A stretch of 24,543 nt of DNA, from the IMG/VR virus record IMGVR_UViG_3300005662_000230, positions 1 to 24,543 of that record; one strand, written 5' to 3'. Below, piece by piece: positions 1 to 8,521 of this stretch. This DNA comes from a virus (taxonomy: Duplodnaviria > Caudoviricetes). Numbering within the stretch: the stretch's first letter is position 1; the number at the start of each line of letters is the position of its first letter. The notes beneath the pieces are model-generated. The model was given only the letters and a program-made list of their open reading frames with translations, did not search any database and was not told the origin of the DNA. The translations under genes were made by a program, and so were the position numbers.

Positions 1-1089
1 GTCGTGGACGCTTCGGCGGCTCACGACCCGCGGGTGATCGAAGCGGCGCTCTGCCTCAACGGCGGACTCGGCAACGTCGAGAAGGTCTTCGACCAGAAGA
101 CCCTCGAGGCGGCCGACCGTCGGCGTGGCAGCACGTCGCTGCAGGAGGTGCTCGTCGAGGCCGCCCGTGCCAACGGGTATCACGGCCCCGCCCGCGTCTC
201 GGCCGGCAACGTGCGGGAGGTGCTCGCGAGTGGTTTCGCCACTCACTCGATCTCCAACGTGCTCGCCGCGACCTACGGCAAGTTCTTGCTCCAGGGCTAC
301 ACCGCTGTCGAGGCGGCGTGGGACCAGATCGCGTCGATCCGCTCGGTCAGTGACTACAAGACTGTCACCGGCGTGCGGCTCAACGGCGGTTTCGATTTCG
401 AGGATGTTGGACCTTCCGGCGAACTGAAGTCGGCCGACGCTTCGGACGAGACGCGGACGATCAAGGCCAAGCTCACCGGCCGCATGAGTTCGATCACGAT
501 GGTCGACATCGTGAACGACGACCTTGGTGCTCTTACCCAAGTGCCGGCCCGTCTGGGCCGCGGCGCCGCGGTGAAGCTCAACAAGGATTTCTGGACGGAG
601 TTCCAGGCGTCCAACTCGTCGTTCTACCGTGCGGAGTCGGCCGCGGCTGGTAACGCCCTCGCGATTTCGTCCCTGCGGACGGCGGTGGCTTCCTACCGGA
701 AGCTCACGGATCCCGACGGCAACCCGCTCGGCATCACGCCGCAGCTCTTGCTCGTCCCGCCGGAGCTTGAGATGACGGCCGAGGAGCTGATGGGCTCGTC
801 GGTGCTCATCACCGGAGAGAACGCGACTCGCGGCAACGTGAACGTGTTCGCCGGTCGGTTCCGCGTGGTCAGCTCGGCGTACCTCACCAGCGGTACGACC
901 TGGTGGCTCATGGCGAACCCGGCCGAACTGCCGGCGATGGAAGTCGCGTTCTTGAACGGCCAACGGCTGCCGACGGTGCAGCAGGCCGAGGCCGATTTCA
1001 ATCAGCTCGGCATCCAGGTTCGCGGGCACTTCTCCTACGGCGTTGCCAAGGCCGAAGCCCGCGGTGCCTACCGGATGGCGACGGCTTGA
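1..1089 (+). CDS. Major capsid protein, Mu gpT-like (probably the C-terminal part of a protease/scaffold-capsid fusion; 5' truncated)
   Basis: Frame is open from the window edge. Motifs 'SVSDYK', 'IVNDDLGAL', 'LLVPPELE..A..L', 'EVAFLNGQRLP' and 'V..H.SYGV...E.RG' are typical of gpT-like capsids. Followed by a DUF2190 gene. Confidence 0.85.
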   Translation, partial: VVDASAAHDPRVIEAALCLNGGLGNVEKVFDQKTLEAADRRRGSTSLQEVLVEAARANGYHGPARVSAGNVREVLASGFATHSISNVLAATYGKFLLQGYTAVEAAWDQIASIRSVSDYKTVTGVRLNGGFDFEDVGPSGELKSADASDETRTIKAKLTGRMSSITMVDIVNDDLGALTQVPARLGRGAAVKLNKDFWTEFQASNSSFYRAESAAAGNALAISSLRTAVASYRKLTDPDGNPLGITPQLLLVPPELEMTAEELMGSSVLITGENATRGNVNVFAGRFRVVSSAYLTSGTTWWLMANPAELPAMEVAFLNGQRLPTVQQAEADFNQLGIQVRGHFSYGVAKAEARGAYRMATA

Positions 1090-1106
1090 TCTTGATGTGA
1101 TCCATT

Positions 1107-1139
1107 CCCGGCCGGCGGGGGCCAAACCCGCCGGCCGGG
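1107..1139 (+). terminator. GC-rich hairpin after the capsid gene (terminator or mRNA stabiliser)
   Basis: Perfect 13-bp stem CCCGGCCGGCGGG/CCCGCCGGCCGGG with a 7-nt loop; no U-tract. Confidence 0.55.
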
Positions 1140-1178
1140 GCTCACCAACCACTCCCTCAGTTACGAAAGGTTTCTTAG

Positions 1179-1505
1179 ATGGCTTCCTACTATGCGGACG
1201 GCGACAAGCTCGACTACACCCCGACGACGGGCGTGGCGGCGGGCGAAATGGTCGTCCTCGGTTCCCTCGTGACGATGGCCGAGCGTGCGATCGTCGCGAA
1301 CGAACTTGGTGCGGTTCTTGTCAACGGCATCGTGACCGGCCCGGTGGCCGCCACCGGCGTGACCGGTGCCCAAGGCTCGGCGATCAAGTGGTACGCCACC
1401 AGCGGCGTGTTCGACGCCTCGACCGGCACCAACGCCGGCTACCTGGCTCGTGCCCGTCTGGCGACCGATCGCCAGGTGGCCGTGCTCCTCTGGCCGGGCT
1501 CGTGA
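1179..1505 (+). CDS. DUF2190-family head decoration/cement protein
   Basis: 108 aa, 'Y..DGDKLDYTP...VAAGEMVVLG.LV..A...I.ANELGA...NG', directly after the capsid gene; AAAGG RBS. Confidence 0.8.
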   Translation: MASYYADGDKLDYTPTTGVAAGEMVVLGSLVTMAERAIVANELGAVLVNGIVTGPVAATGVTGAQGSAIKWYATSGVFDASTGTNAGYLARARLATDRQVAVLLWPGS

Positions 1506-1520
1506 TCGACCCCACGCAAG

Positions 1521-1557
1521 GGGGCGGGTGCGGCCAGCTACCGGCCGTGCCCGCCCC
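1521..1557 (+). terminator. GC-rich hairpin after DUF2190
   Basis: GGGGCGGGTGCGGCC / GGCCGTGCCCGCCCC, 15-bp stem including G-U pairs, followed by TCTC. Confidence 0.5.
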
Positions 1558-1618
1558 TCTCGCACCTGGTGACTCATGCGTGACGTGATCGCCATCGGCT
1601 TGTGGCACCACTGTGAAC

Positions 1619-1999
1619 ATGATGCAAGACCTCATAGCAAAGGGCACGACGTGGTTTGAGGAGCAGCGGAAGCTCCACATGGCCGTGAACGTCGAGTACC
1701 GTGCCCTTGGGTCGCTCATTCCATCCGTGGTGCCGGCGACGATCGGCGGGTCGCGGTTTGAGGCCGCCGATACCGCCGGCCAGATCATCAGATACGAGAC
1801 TCGCGACTATTTCATTGGCGTATCGGATTGGCCGGACGCCCCGGTGCGTGGCGACCGCATCACCGAGACCGACGCCAGCGGCGTGAAGCGGGTGTACGAA
1901 GTCGCGTTGCCGGCTGGTGCCGGCAACCCGTGGCAGTGGGGCGACCGCTCCCAGCGGGTGCGAAGGATTCACACGACCTTTGTGGGAGTGACGGCATGA
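1619..1999 (+). CDS. Head-tail joining/head closure protein
   Basis: About 126 aa with 'P.RGDRI.E...YEV......W', typical of head-closure proteins; position after head genes. Start may be 1613 or 1622. Confidence 0.6.
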   Translation: MMQDLIAKGTTWFEEQRKLHMAVNVEYRALGSLIPSVVPATIGGSRFEAADTAGQIIRYETRDYFIGVSDWPDAPVRGDRITETDASGVKRVYEVALPAGAGNPWQWGDRSQRVRRIHTTFVGVTA

Positions 2000-2757
2000 G
2001 CCCTCGAGGATCGTGGCCCCGCGGTGGCGTGCGGACGCGGCTGCCGGTGGTATTTCGGAAGAGCGCCACGAGGCAGTTTTCGCCGTCGGATGTTACTGGG
2101 CTGGCGGCCTGGTACGACGCCAGCAATGCCGCGAGCATCACGCTCAACGGCAGCACTGTGTCGCAATGGAACGATCTCAGCGGGAACGGACGGCATCAAG
2201 TCCAGGGGTCGGCATCGCTGCAGCCGACCTACAACGCCAGTGGGCTTAACGGTAAGGGCACGCTGACAACCAGCGGGACGCAATGGACTCAGGCGAGTGC
2301 ATTCGCGTCCAGCTCGTCGGCTACGATCTTTTTGGTCTGGAAAATCGCCAATGCTGCTGGCACTCCGTTTATCTTTCAGCGAGGCGGCGTGAATGACGTG
2401 CACTCGTTCTTAATGAACCCAGGCACGAATCAACTACAGGCAAGACGCGGAGCTTCAAACCAAGGCACGCTCACCGTCTCCGGCCTTGGGACACCGGACA
2501 TCTGGCGAGTAGGGACGCTGGTGTTCAGTACGACTCTCTCTCGCATCTACAACGGCAACAGTGTCGGAACCGATAACACTGCAACCGTTTCGGCACCGGT
2601 TGGAAACAAGGTTCTGACACTGTTCGCACTTGACAGTGCAACGCGGGCGGGGCATCCCGGCATCGCGGAGTTTCTCTATTACTCAAGCCAACTTGACGAC
2701 ACGCAGCAGGCAGCTGTGCGGACTTATCTTGGGAACAAGTGGGGCATAACGCTATGA
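1996..2757 (+). CDS. LamG/concanavalin A-like domain virion protein
   Basis: ATGA overlap with the previous stop. 'GLAAWYDAS...VSQWNDLSGNGRH...QPTY' and C-terminal 'IAEFLYYS..L......VRTYL.NKWGI' are typical of phage LamG-like lectin folds. Confidence 0.7.
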   Translation: MSPRGSWPRGGVRTRLPVVFRKSATRQFSPSDVTGLAAWYDASNAASITLNGSTVSQWNDLSGNGRHQVQGSASLQPTYNASGLNGKGTLTTSGTQWTQASAFASSSSATIFLVWKIANAAGTPFIFQRGGVNDVHSFLMNPGTNQLQARRGASNQGTLTVSGLGTPDIWRVGTLVFSTTLSRIYNGNSVGTDNTATVSAPVGNKVLTLFALDSATRAGHPGIAEFLYYSSQLDDTQQAAVRTYLGNKWGITL

Positions 2758-3038
2758 CGCGGTATTTTCGCTCCACGGATGAAGTGCTCGCTCACGTTAA
2801 CGCCCAACTGGACGCGGCCTACGGATACCCCAACGAGGCAACTCGCACCAGAACGACGCTGCCGCCGCCCGCCGACTGCCCGCACGACGCCGAGGGTCGC
2901 GTCTACCTGGCCGTGGCGGATGACTACTGCGAGTACGTGTTGCCGTCGCAGATGCTTCCTCAGTTAATCGCATCTGGCCTCGTTGACGAGATCGACGAAG
3001 CGGAATACACGGCAACGCTTCCCGTGATTCCCGAATAA
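2754..3038 (+). CDS. Hypothetical protein (94 aa)
   Basis: ATGA coupling to the upstream gene; coding-like codon usage. Confidence 0.65.
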   Translation: MTRYFRSTDEVLAHVNAQLDAAYGYPNEATRTRTTLPPPADCPHDAEGRVYLAVADDYCEYVLPSQMLPQLIASGLVDEIDEAEYTATLPVIPE

Positions 3039-3046
3039 ATCCGGGG

Positions 3047-3074
3047 TTTACGCCCACGCCGATCCCGCTAGGCT
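3047..3074 (+). promoter_or_regulatory. Putative sigma70-type promoter for the glycan cassette
   Basis: TTTACG-16 nt-TAGGCT in the intergenic gap before 3088. Confidence 0.4.
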
Positions 3075-3087
3075 AACCGGTGAACAG

Positions 3088-4161
3088 GTGAACACCGGCA
3101 TGATCGAACACCTACACCGACTCGCGGCCCACGCTTACTACTGCGGCGAGCACGACGCTGGCCGCCGGGCGTGCGAACGGCTCATGCGTCTCCCGCTCTC
3201 GCCGGAGAAGGAAGAGAAGGTCCGCAGCAACCGGACGTGGTACACGCGGACTCTGTCCGACCAGGGCGTCGCCGCCAAGTTCACGCAGATCGACGTGCCG
3301 CCGGCCCGCGTCGGATGGTCGCTGTTCAACCCTTCGGTCGTCAGTCACGGAGACCGGTTGCTCGTCAACGTGCGGTCGAGCAACTATTCGATCGACGAAA
3401 ACGGTCGCTACGTCATTCCGCCGGAGGACCGCGAAGCTATTCGGACGTTCAACTGCCTCGTCGAGCCTGGTGACGGGCACGCACGCTATTGGGCCGCAGA
3501 CTACGAAGCCAGCGGGTTCGCGGTGACTGGGCTCGAGGACGTGCGGCTCAACTCCGTGGACGGCGAACTGATTGCGTCGGCCACGATCCGCAACTGGGCA
3601 GACCGCGACGGGACTTGCCGGATCGGCGTCGGGAAGCTGGAGAGGTTCGACCGGATCCACGACCTCCGCTGCCACGATACCGTCAGCGGCCGACACGAAA
3701 AAAACTGGATGCCGATCACCGGCCGGCGGGAGTGGCTGTATTCGTGCAGCCACGAAGGCCGGACGTGCCTGGTCCGCGAGGACGGCGACGATTGGACTGT
3801 GACCGCTCACGCCGAGGCTCCGTTGGTGGCCCGCGGCTTCCGCGGCGGGTCGCAGCTCGTCGAGCACCCATGGGCTCCGGGTTTGTGGTGGGCGATCGTC
3901 CACGAGGTCGCCGTCTCCGGTGGGCGGCGGGTCTACGAGCACCGATTCGTCATGTTCGACGAAGGGGCCGATTGGCGGATCACGCGGGTATCCCCGCCGT
4001 TCGCATTCCGAGAAACCCGCAGCATCGAGTTCGCCGCCGGGCTTGCGGTCAGCGGCCAGGACACCCTTGTGGCATCGTTCGGCGTGCGGGACGCCGAGGC
4101 GTGGCTGGCCTACGTTCCGATCGCCGACGTACTCAACATCATGGTGGACGCATGGGAGTGA
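3088..4161 (+). CDS. TPR-like N-terminus plus five-bladed beta-propeller glycosidase-like protein (GH130/GH43-like fold)
   Basis: Motifs FNPSV, GLEDVRL, EKNWMP, RGGSQ, IEFAAGL and SFGVRD; helical N-terminus 'AYYCGEHDAGRRAC'. Start may be ATG 3100. Confidence 0.65.
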   Translation: MNTGMIEHLHRLAAHAYYCGEHDAGRRACERLMRLPLSPEKEEKVRSNRTWYTRTLSDQGVAAKFTQIDVPPARVGWSLFNPSVVSHGDRLLVNVRSSNYSIDENGRYVIPPEDREAIRTFNCLVEPGDGHARYWAADYEASGFAVTGLEDVRLNSVDGELIASATIRNWADRDGTCRIGVGKLERFDRIHDLRCHDTVSGRHEKNWMPITGRREWLYSCSHEGRTCLVREDGDDWTVTAHAEAPLVARGFRGGSQLVEHPWAPGLWWAIVHEVAVSGGRRVYEHRFVMFDEGADWRITRVSPPFAFRETRSIEFAAGLAVSGQDTLVASFGVRDAEAWLAYVPIADVLNIMVDAWE

Positions 4162-4712
4162 CAGCATCGGCAGCATGGACCGACTCCGTTCGCAAACTGC
4201 TGGAGAGCAACTGGCGCGAGGATGACTGGTTCGGCTGCGACTCGCGAGTGATTTTTCACTACGCGATGAAAGGCGAGATTTTTCGACGCTACAAGCCGGC
4301 CAGCGTGATCGAGATCGGCACCCGCTGCGGCTACTCGCTGCTGACGTTTGATGCCGCGGCCCCCGGTGCCCACTACCTCTGTATCGACGGTGCGATGGAC
4401 GCCGACTCCTACGACTGTCTCGCCCACTGGCGGCGGCTCGTTGCGAAGCACCAGATCGACGCCGACCTGGTCGTGGTGGATTCCCACGCGATCAAGTCGC
4501 TGCCGCCGGCAGACTTCGCCCACGTCGATGGCGACCACTCCTACGCCGGGGCTCTCGCCGACCTCCGGCTGGTGGCCGGCAGCCGGGTGATCTTGGCCGA
4601 TGACTGTGACAACCGGGAGGTGCGGGCGGCGGTCGAGACGTTCGCCAAGGAGCAGGCCCGGACCGTGGAGTATTTCGATGACGGTCTGCGGCAGGGGGCC
4701 ATCCTCACATGA
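4158..4712 (+). CDS. Class I SAM-dependent methyltransferase (Methyltransf_24-like)
   Basis: 'VIEIGTRCGYS', 'DFAHVDGDHSYAGALADL' and 'ILADD'. GTGA overlap with the upstream stop (alternative ATG at 4152). Confidence 0.8.
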   Translation: MTASAAWTDSVRKLLESNWREDDWFGCDSRVIFHYAMKGEIFRRYKPASVIEIGTRCGYSLLTFDAAAPGAHYLCIDGAMDADSYDCLAHWRRLVAKHQIDADLVVVDSHAIKSLPPADFAHVDGDHSYAGALADLRLVAGSRVILADDCDNREVRAAVETFAKEQARTVEYFDDGLRQGAILT

Positions 4713-5761
4713 AAGTCGCCATCTACGCCCTCGCCCGCAATGAAGCCGCAAACGTCGAGCGGTGGGAGTCGTCGTGCCGGGAGGCCGACGTTCGGGTGGT
4801 CACCGACACCGGCTCCACCGACAACACGGTGGAGCTGCTCGAGGCCGCGGGCGTGACGGTGGCCCGCGGGGCTCCGATCCCGTGGCGGTGGGACGACGGC
4901 CACAACCTATCGCTGATGCACGCCCCGGCCGACGCCGACGTGGTGATCCGTCTGGATCTCGACGAAGCCCTCGACCCCGGCTGGCGGGAAGCCCTAGAGC
5001 GTGATTGGAAGCCGGAGACCACCAAGCTCCGCTACTGGTACTGGTGGTCAGACGTGGTCCGGTTCCGCTGCGACCGCATTCACACCCGCACTGGCTACCG
5101 GTGGACCGGGGCGACGCACGAGGGGCTCGTGAGGTGGGACGGCGATGAAGTGCAGACGCAATCGGACGGCGTCGTGATCCGCCACCACCGGCAACCAGGA
5201 AAGACCCACAAAACCGACCTCACGCTTCTCCGGCAAGCCGTCCGCGAGAATCCGGCCGACGCCAGGATGCAGTGGTATTTCGCTCGCGAGCTGGACTACG
5301 CCGACGATGCGGCGTGCGTCGAGGAGTTTCAGAAATACCTTGCCATGCCGGGCGGGGCCGCGAATGAGCGGGCGTATGCCCGCCGGGTGCTTGCCAGGCG
5401 TGACGAGCGTGGACGTGCCCGCCACATGCTCGGGTCCATGCTGGAGAGCCCGCTGGAGCCAGAGGCATACGCCCACGTCGCTGAGCTGGCCTGGTCGAAA
5501 GGTGACGCGGTGGGGGCACTCTACTGGGCACGGCAAGCATTGAACTGCTCCGACGAAAACCGGTCGCACGCGAGCGATCCGGCTGCCTACGGAGAGTTTC
5601 CAGCCGACGTGGCGTATTCAGCCGCCTACAAGCTGGGGCTCATGGGTGAGGCTATTAGCCATGCCAAGGAAGCCGCACGACGGAATCCTGGCAATCAGCG
5701 GCACGCGGACAACGTGCTGGCGATTGGGAGAATGGAAGTAGAGGAAGGCCCGAAACCATGA
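4709..5761 (+). CDS. GT2-family glycosyltransferase with C-terminal TPR region
   Basis: 'ARNEAANV', 'DTGSTDNT', DxD motif 'LDLDE', 'W.G..HE', then helical repeats ('RMQWYFARE', 'EAYAHVAELAW'). Confidence 0.85.
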   Translation: MKVAIYALARNEAANVERWESSCREADVRVVTDTGSTDNTVELLEAAGVTVARGAPIPWRWDDGHNLSLMHAPADADVVIRLDLDEALDPGWREALERDWKPETTKLRYWYWWSDVVRFRCDRIHTRTGYRWTGATHEGLVRWDGDEVQTQSDGVVIRHHRQPGKTHKTDLTLLRQAVRENPADARMQWYFARELDYADDAACVEEFQKYLAMPGGAANERAYARRVLARRDERGRARHMLGSMLESPLEPEAYAHVAELAWSKGDAVGALYWARQALNCSDENRSHASDPAAYGEFPADVAYSAAYKLGLMGEAISHAKEAARRNPGNQRHADNVLAIGRMEVEEGPKP

Positions 5762-6222
5762 ATGCCATCGAAATACTCATTGCTGACTCGCTGGCCGACA
5801 GTCTCTCTAGACATACGTTTGACGGTGCGATTTCCAAGATCGCTGCCGTTCGCCGGTTCGTGCCCGACTTCCAAGGCGATGACGTGTCGACGCTGAAAGT
5901 GTCGGTCGTTCCCGGTGAGTGCGAAGTGTCCAACCATACGCACGGGGCCGATTTGTTTGAGGTATCCGTTCACGTCGTGATCGCGAAGCGGATCACGACA
6001 GACGAGGACGTGGACGACCTTGTAGAGCTGCGGACGAACATCGTCGACGCGATTCGCTCGAAAGTCATTCCCGCGTCAGTGCCGGCCATGCCGGCCGGTG
6101 TTTCGTGGTTCTCGATCTCCAACTCCGTCACGTTTCAGCCCGACCAGATCACGAACCATCGCGTGTTCATGGGCGAAATCATGGTGACGTATCGCAGGGC
6201 TCAAGCGAAAGTCACGGCGTGA
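5758..6222 (+). CDS. Putative tail terminator/completion protein
   Basis: 154 aa alpha/beta protein upstream of neck and tube genes; ATGA coupling. Confidence 0.5.
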   Translation: MNAIEILIADSLADSLSRHTFDGAISKIAAVRRFVPDFQGDDVSTLKVSVVPGECEVSNHTHGADLFEVSVHVVIAKRITTDEDVDDLVELRTNIVDAIRSKVIPASVPAMPAGVSWFSISNSVTFQPDQITNHRVFMGEIMVTYRRAQAKVTA

Positions 6223-6986
6223 TCCCAAACATTCCTCGCATCGTGCCAAACATCCCGGCCGTGGGAATGCGGGCCAGCACGTCCATGTTTTTTGACCGCG
6301 AAGCCGTGCAGGCCGCGATGTCGGAAATGGATCTCAAGGCGCTGTCGAAAGCGTCGATGCTGGTGAAGGATCGTGCGAGGCGAATCATCAAGAAGCGGGG
6401 GCTGTCTCGGATCCCTCGCACGCTCCAAGAGCGATACCCTGGAGCTGGCCCGACGGCCCTCCAAGCCATGGGCGTGATTTCTCCGCGGGCACGCGACGTG
6501 ATTATCCGTGAGGTGCAGTTCCCGCCGGCTTCACCGCCAGGGTCGCCACCATTCACGCACACCCCTTACAGCGGCCACCAAGCATCGTTTCTAGGGTTTC
6601 GCCGGAATCTGTGGAACTACTACGACTCACAGACCCACTCGGCCGTCGCCGGCCCGTCAAAGAAGGGTCGGATGCTGCCGTACCTTCACGAGTTCGGCGG
6701 CACCGTGCGGCTGCGGACGTGGGTCTATATCCCGCAGATCAAAACCAAGAGCGGTGGTATGCGGCGGCCGATCACGATGAAACTGCCGACCGGCCAGCGT
6801 CCCAACAACATCACGCACTGGCGACCGATGTCTCGGCAGATCGTGACGGTCTACCCGGCCCGTCCGTTCATGAAGCCGGCTATGGATTTCTGTGTGGCGA
6901 ACGGCTCGATCGCCAAGGCTTTCAAGGGTTCGTTTCGGCACACTGCTGGCACTAGAGGGAGCGGGTTTACGGTCCGTCGCGGATGA
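6219..6986 (+). CDS. Neck/tail completion protein (HK97 gp10-like)
   Basis: Basic protein with 'SPPGSPP', 'HEFGG' and 'YPARPFMKPA'; GTGA start overlapping the upstream stop. Confidence 0.65.
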   Translation: MIPNIPRIVPNIPAVGMRASTSMFFDREAVQAAMSEMDLKALSKASMLVKDRARRIIKKRGLSRIPRTLQERYPGAGPTALQAMGVISPRARDVIIREVQFPPASPPGSPPFTHTPYSGHQASFLGFRRNLWNYYDSQTHSAVAGPSKKGRMLPYLHEFGGTVRLRTWVYIPQIKTKSGGMRRPITMKLPTGQRPNNITHWRPMSRQIVTVYPARPFMKPAMDFCVANGSIAKAFKGSFRHTAGTRGSGFTVRRG

Positions 6987-6992
6987 TCGTGC

Positions 6993-7001
6993 TGGTATAC
7001 T
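6993..7001 (+). promoter_or_regulatory. Putative extended -10 promoter before the tail tube gene
   Basis: TGgTATACT in the 6987-7051 gap; strong RBS AAAAGGAG at about 7037-7044. Confidence 0.45.
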
Positions 7002-7051
7002 GACGTACAGATGGCCGATCGGGCCAAATCTCGCACAAAAGGAGCCGTTTG

Positions 7052-7414
7052 ATGGCCGTCACTGCCCACTCGTACCAACTCGGAAAGAATTGCTCGTTTA
7101 CGTTTGGAAGTGTAATCGCGAACAAGGACGTGAAGACCGTCACGGTCACTCGCGAGACTTCTGCCGAGGCCGAGGTTACCACTCGTGGCAGTGACGACGT
7201 GCAGGAGTTCGTTCCAGTTCGCCAGAACATGACGATCGAGGTTGTGTGTCTTGACCATTCTGCGGTCATGCACGGCACTGGCGTAGCCACCGTCACTCCC
7301 GCGACCGGAGCAGCGGTCACCGGCGTTTATTACGTCAACAACATTTCGATCCCGCAAGAGATTGACGGTGCTGTGGAGTTTACGATCACGCTCAAGCGTC
7401 TTGCTGGCGTATGA
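7052..7414 (+). CDS. Putative major tail (tube) protein
   Basis: 120 aa, beta-rich, 'EAEVTTRGS' and 'QEIDGAVEFTITLK'; strong RBS; precedes chaperone and tape measure genes. Confidence 0.6.
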   Translation: MAVTAHSYQLGKNCSFTFGSVIANKDVKTVTVTRETSAEAEVTTRGSDDVQEFVPVRQNMTIEVVCLDHSAVMHGTGVATVTPATGAAVTGVYYVNNISIPQEIDGAVEFTITLKRLAGV

Positions 7415-7425
7415 GGCATTGACGC

Positions 7426-7833
7426 ATGGCTATCGACGGCGGACGTAGCCGCACCTACGCACTTGGTCGGGAGTGCATCCTGACCATTGAGGGCGGGGAG
7501 GTTACTGGTGCCGCGGATATGTCGTTGCGTGAGACGGTGACAGAGGTCGACGCGACCGGGTTCAACCACCAGGTCGTGTCGACGATCGTCACTCAGCGGA
7601 CTTACGAGATCAGCGTCAGCATTCCAGACATGAGCCAAGCATCGCGGCTTTACGGGCTGCGTTGGCGACTGTTCGATGGGTTCAAGGTGCCAAACATCTT
7701 GGAACTGTCCCTCGAGGGCGGCCTGGTGGAGTTCACTAACGCGAAGTTCACGATCCACGACGTTGACGCCGACGAGCCGCTGGATGGGGTTGTGGTGCCG
7801 CGGTTCACGCTCAAGCAGTGGGGCCACGACTGA
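7426..7833 (+). CDS. Second tail-tube-like protein (paralog of 7052-7414)
   Basis: Shares Y.LG+.C..T, RET..E.+.T and C-terminal +DG.V...TLK with the upstream gene. Confidence 0.5.
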   Translation: MAIDGGRSRTYALGRECILTIEGGEVTGAADMSLRETVTEVDATGFNHQVVSTIVTQRTYEISVSIPDMSQASRLYGLRWRLFDGFKVPNILELSLEGGLVEFTNAKFTIHDVDADEPLDGVVVPRFTLKQWGHD

Positions 7834-8399
7834 TGCACTTGTTCAAGGACAACAAAGGCCGCGAGTGGAAGGTTGAGGCCAACTTCGGCAGCTACGGCCG
7901 AGTGAAGGCCGCGACCGGCGTCAAGCTCTACGACATTGCCACCGAGAATCGGGACAGCCTCATCCAGCTCGCCGACGCACTGACGCTCGGCCAGGTGCTA
8001 TGGGCGATGGTCGAGCCGCAAGCCGAGGCCCGCGGCGTGACGCCAGACGAGTTCTACGAAGCGTTTGACGGCGAGGTTTTGAATACCGCCTACGCGGCGT
8101 TGATCGACGAGATGATTTTTTTTTGCCACCCGCGGCAGAGGAAGGTGCTGGGGATAGCAGTGCAGAAGGTGCGGGAGGCCGAGATCAAGGCGGACAAGGT
8201 GGTGGACGCCAATCTCGCGGAGTACGAGAAGGAAATCGACCGGGCAATCGACCAGTGGACCCGTGGGTTCTCGGGTTTGAGCTTGCCGGAATCATCGGCG
8301 TCCACCCACGAGATTGGTCCCTCCGTGAGCTTGTCGATGCCTCTCGAGGCCGACGGCGAGAAGAGTGGAACCACACTTGTGCAGTCCTCGCCCAAATGA
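7833..8399 (+). CDS. Tail assembly chaperone (gpG-like)
   Basis: 'FKDNKGREW', 'GVTPDEFYEAFDGE' and 'ALIDEMIFF'; located between tube and tape measure genes. Confidence 0.7.
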   Translation: MHLFKDNKGREWKVEANFGSYGRVKAATGVKLYDIATENRDSLIQLADALTLGQVLWAMVEPQAEARGVTPDEFYEAFDGEVLNTAYAALIDEMIFFCHPRQRKVLGIAVQKVREAEIKADKVVDANLAEYEKEIDRAIDQWTRGFSGLSLPESSASTHEIGPSVSLSMPLEADGEKSGTTLVQSSPK

Positions 8400-8521
8400 C
8401 CGAGATCCACAGAGACCCCAAGAAGAGATCACGACCCTACGACGCATCCGAGTTCCATCCAATGCGTGAGGCTCCGATGGTGCCGATCGCCACTCCAGAA
8501 ATGTTGAGCGAAGGAATATGA
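8273..8521 (+). CDS. Tail assembly chaperone extension (gpT-like, -1 frame)
   Basis: The -1 frame ORF 'GFELAGIIGVHPRDWSLRELV...HRDPKK...FHP' lacks a good start of its own and ends overlapping the tape measure ATG. In-frame slippery heptamer G GGT TTG at 8273-8279. Confidence 0.6.
   Translation, partial: GFELAGIIGVHPRDWSLRELVDASRGRRREEWNHTCAVLAQMTEIHRDPKKRSRPYDASEFHPMREAPMVPIATPEMLSEGI

Noticed and set aside
3112-4712. Antisense ORF 3112-4176 and the Arg-rich first 220 aa of 3489-4712
   Set aside because: Shadow ORFs of high-GC coding sequence; only the part from about 4152-4158 has methyltransferase motifs.
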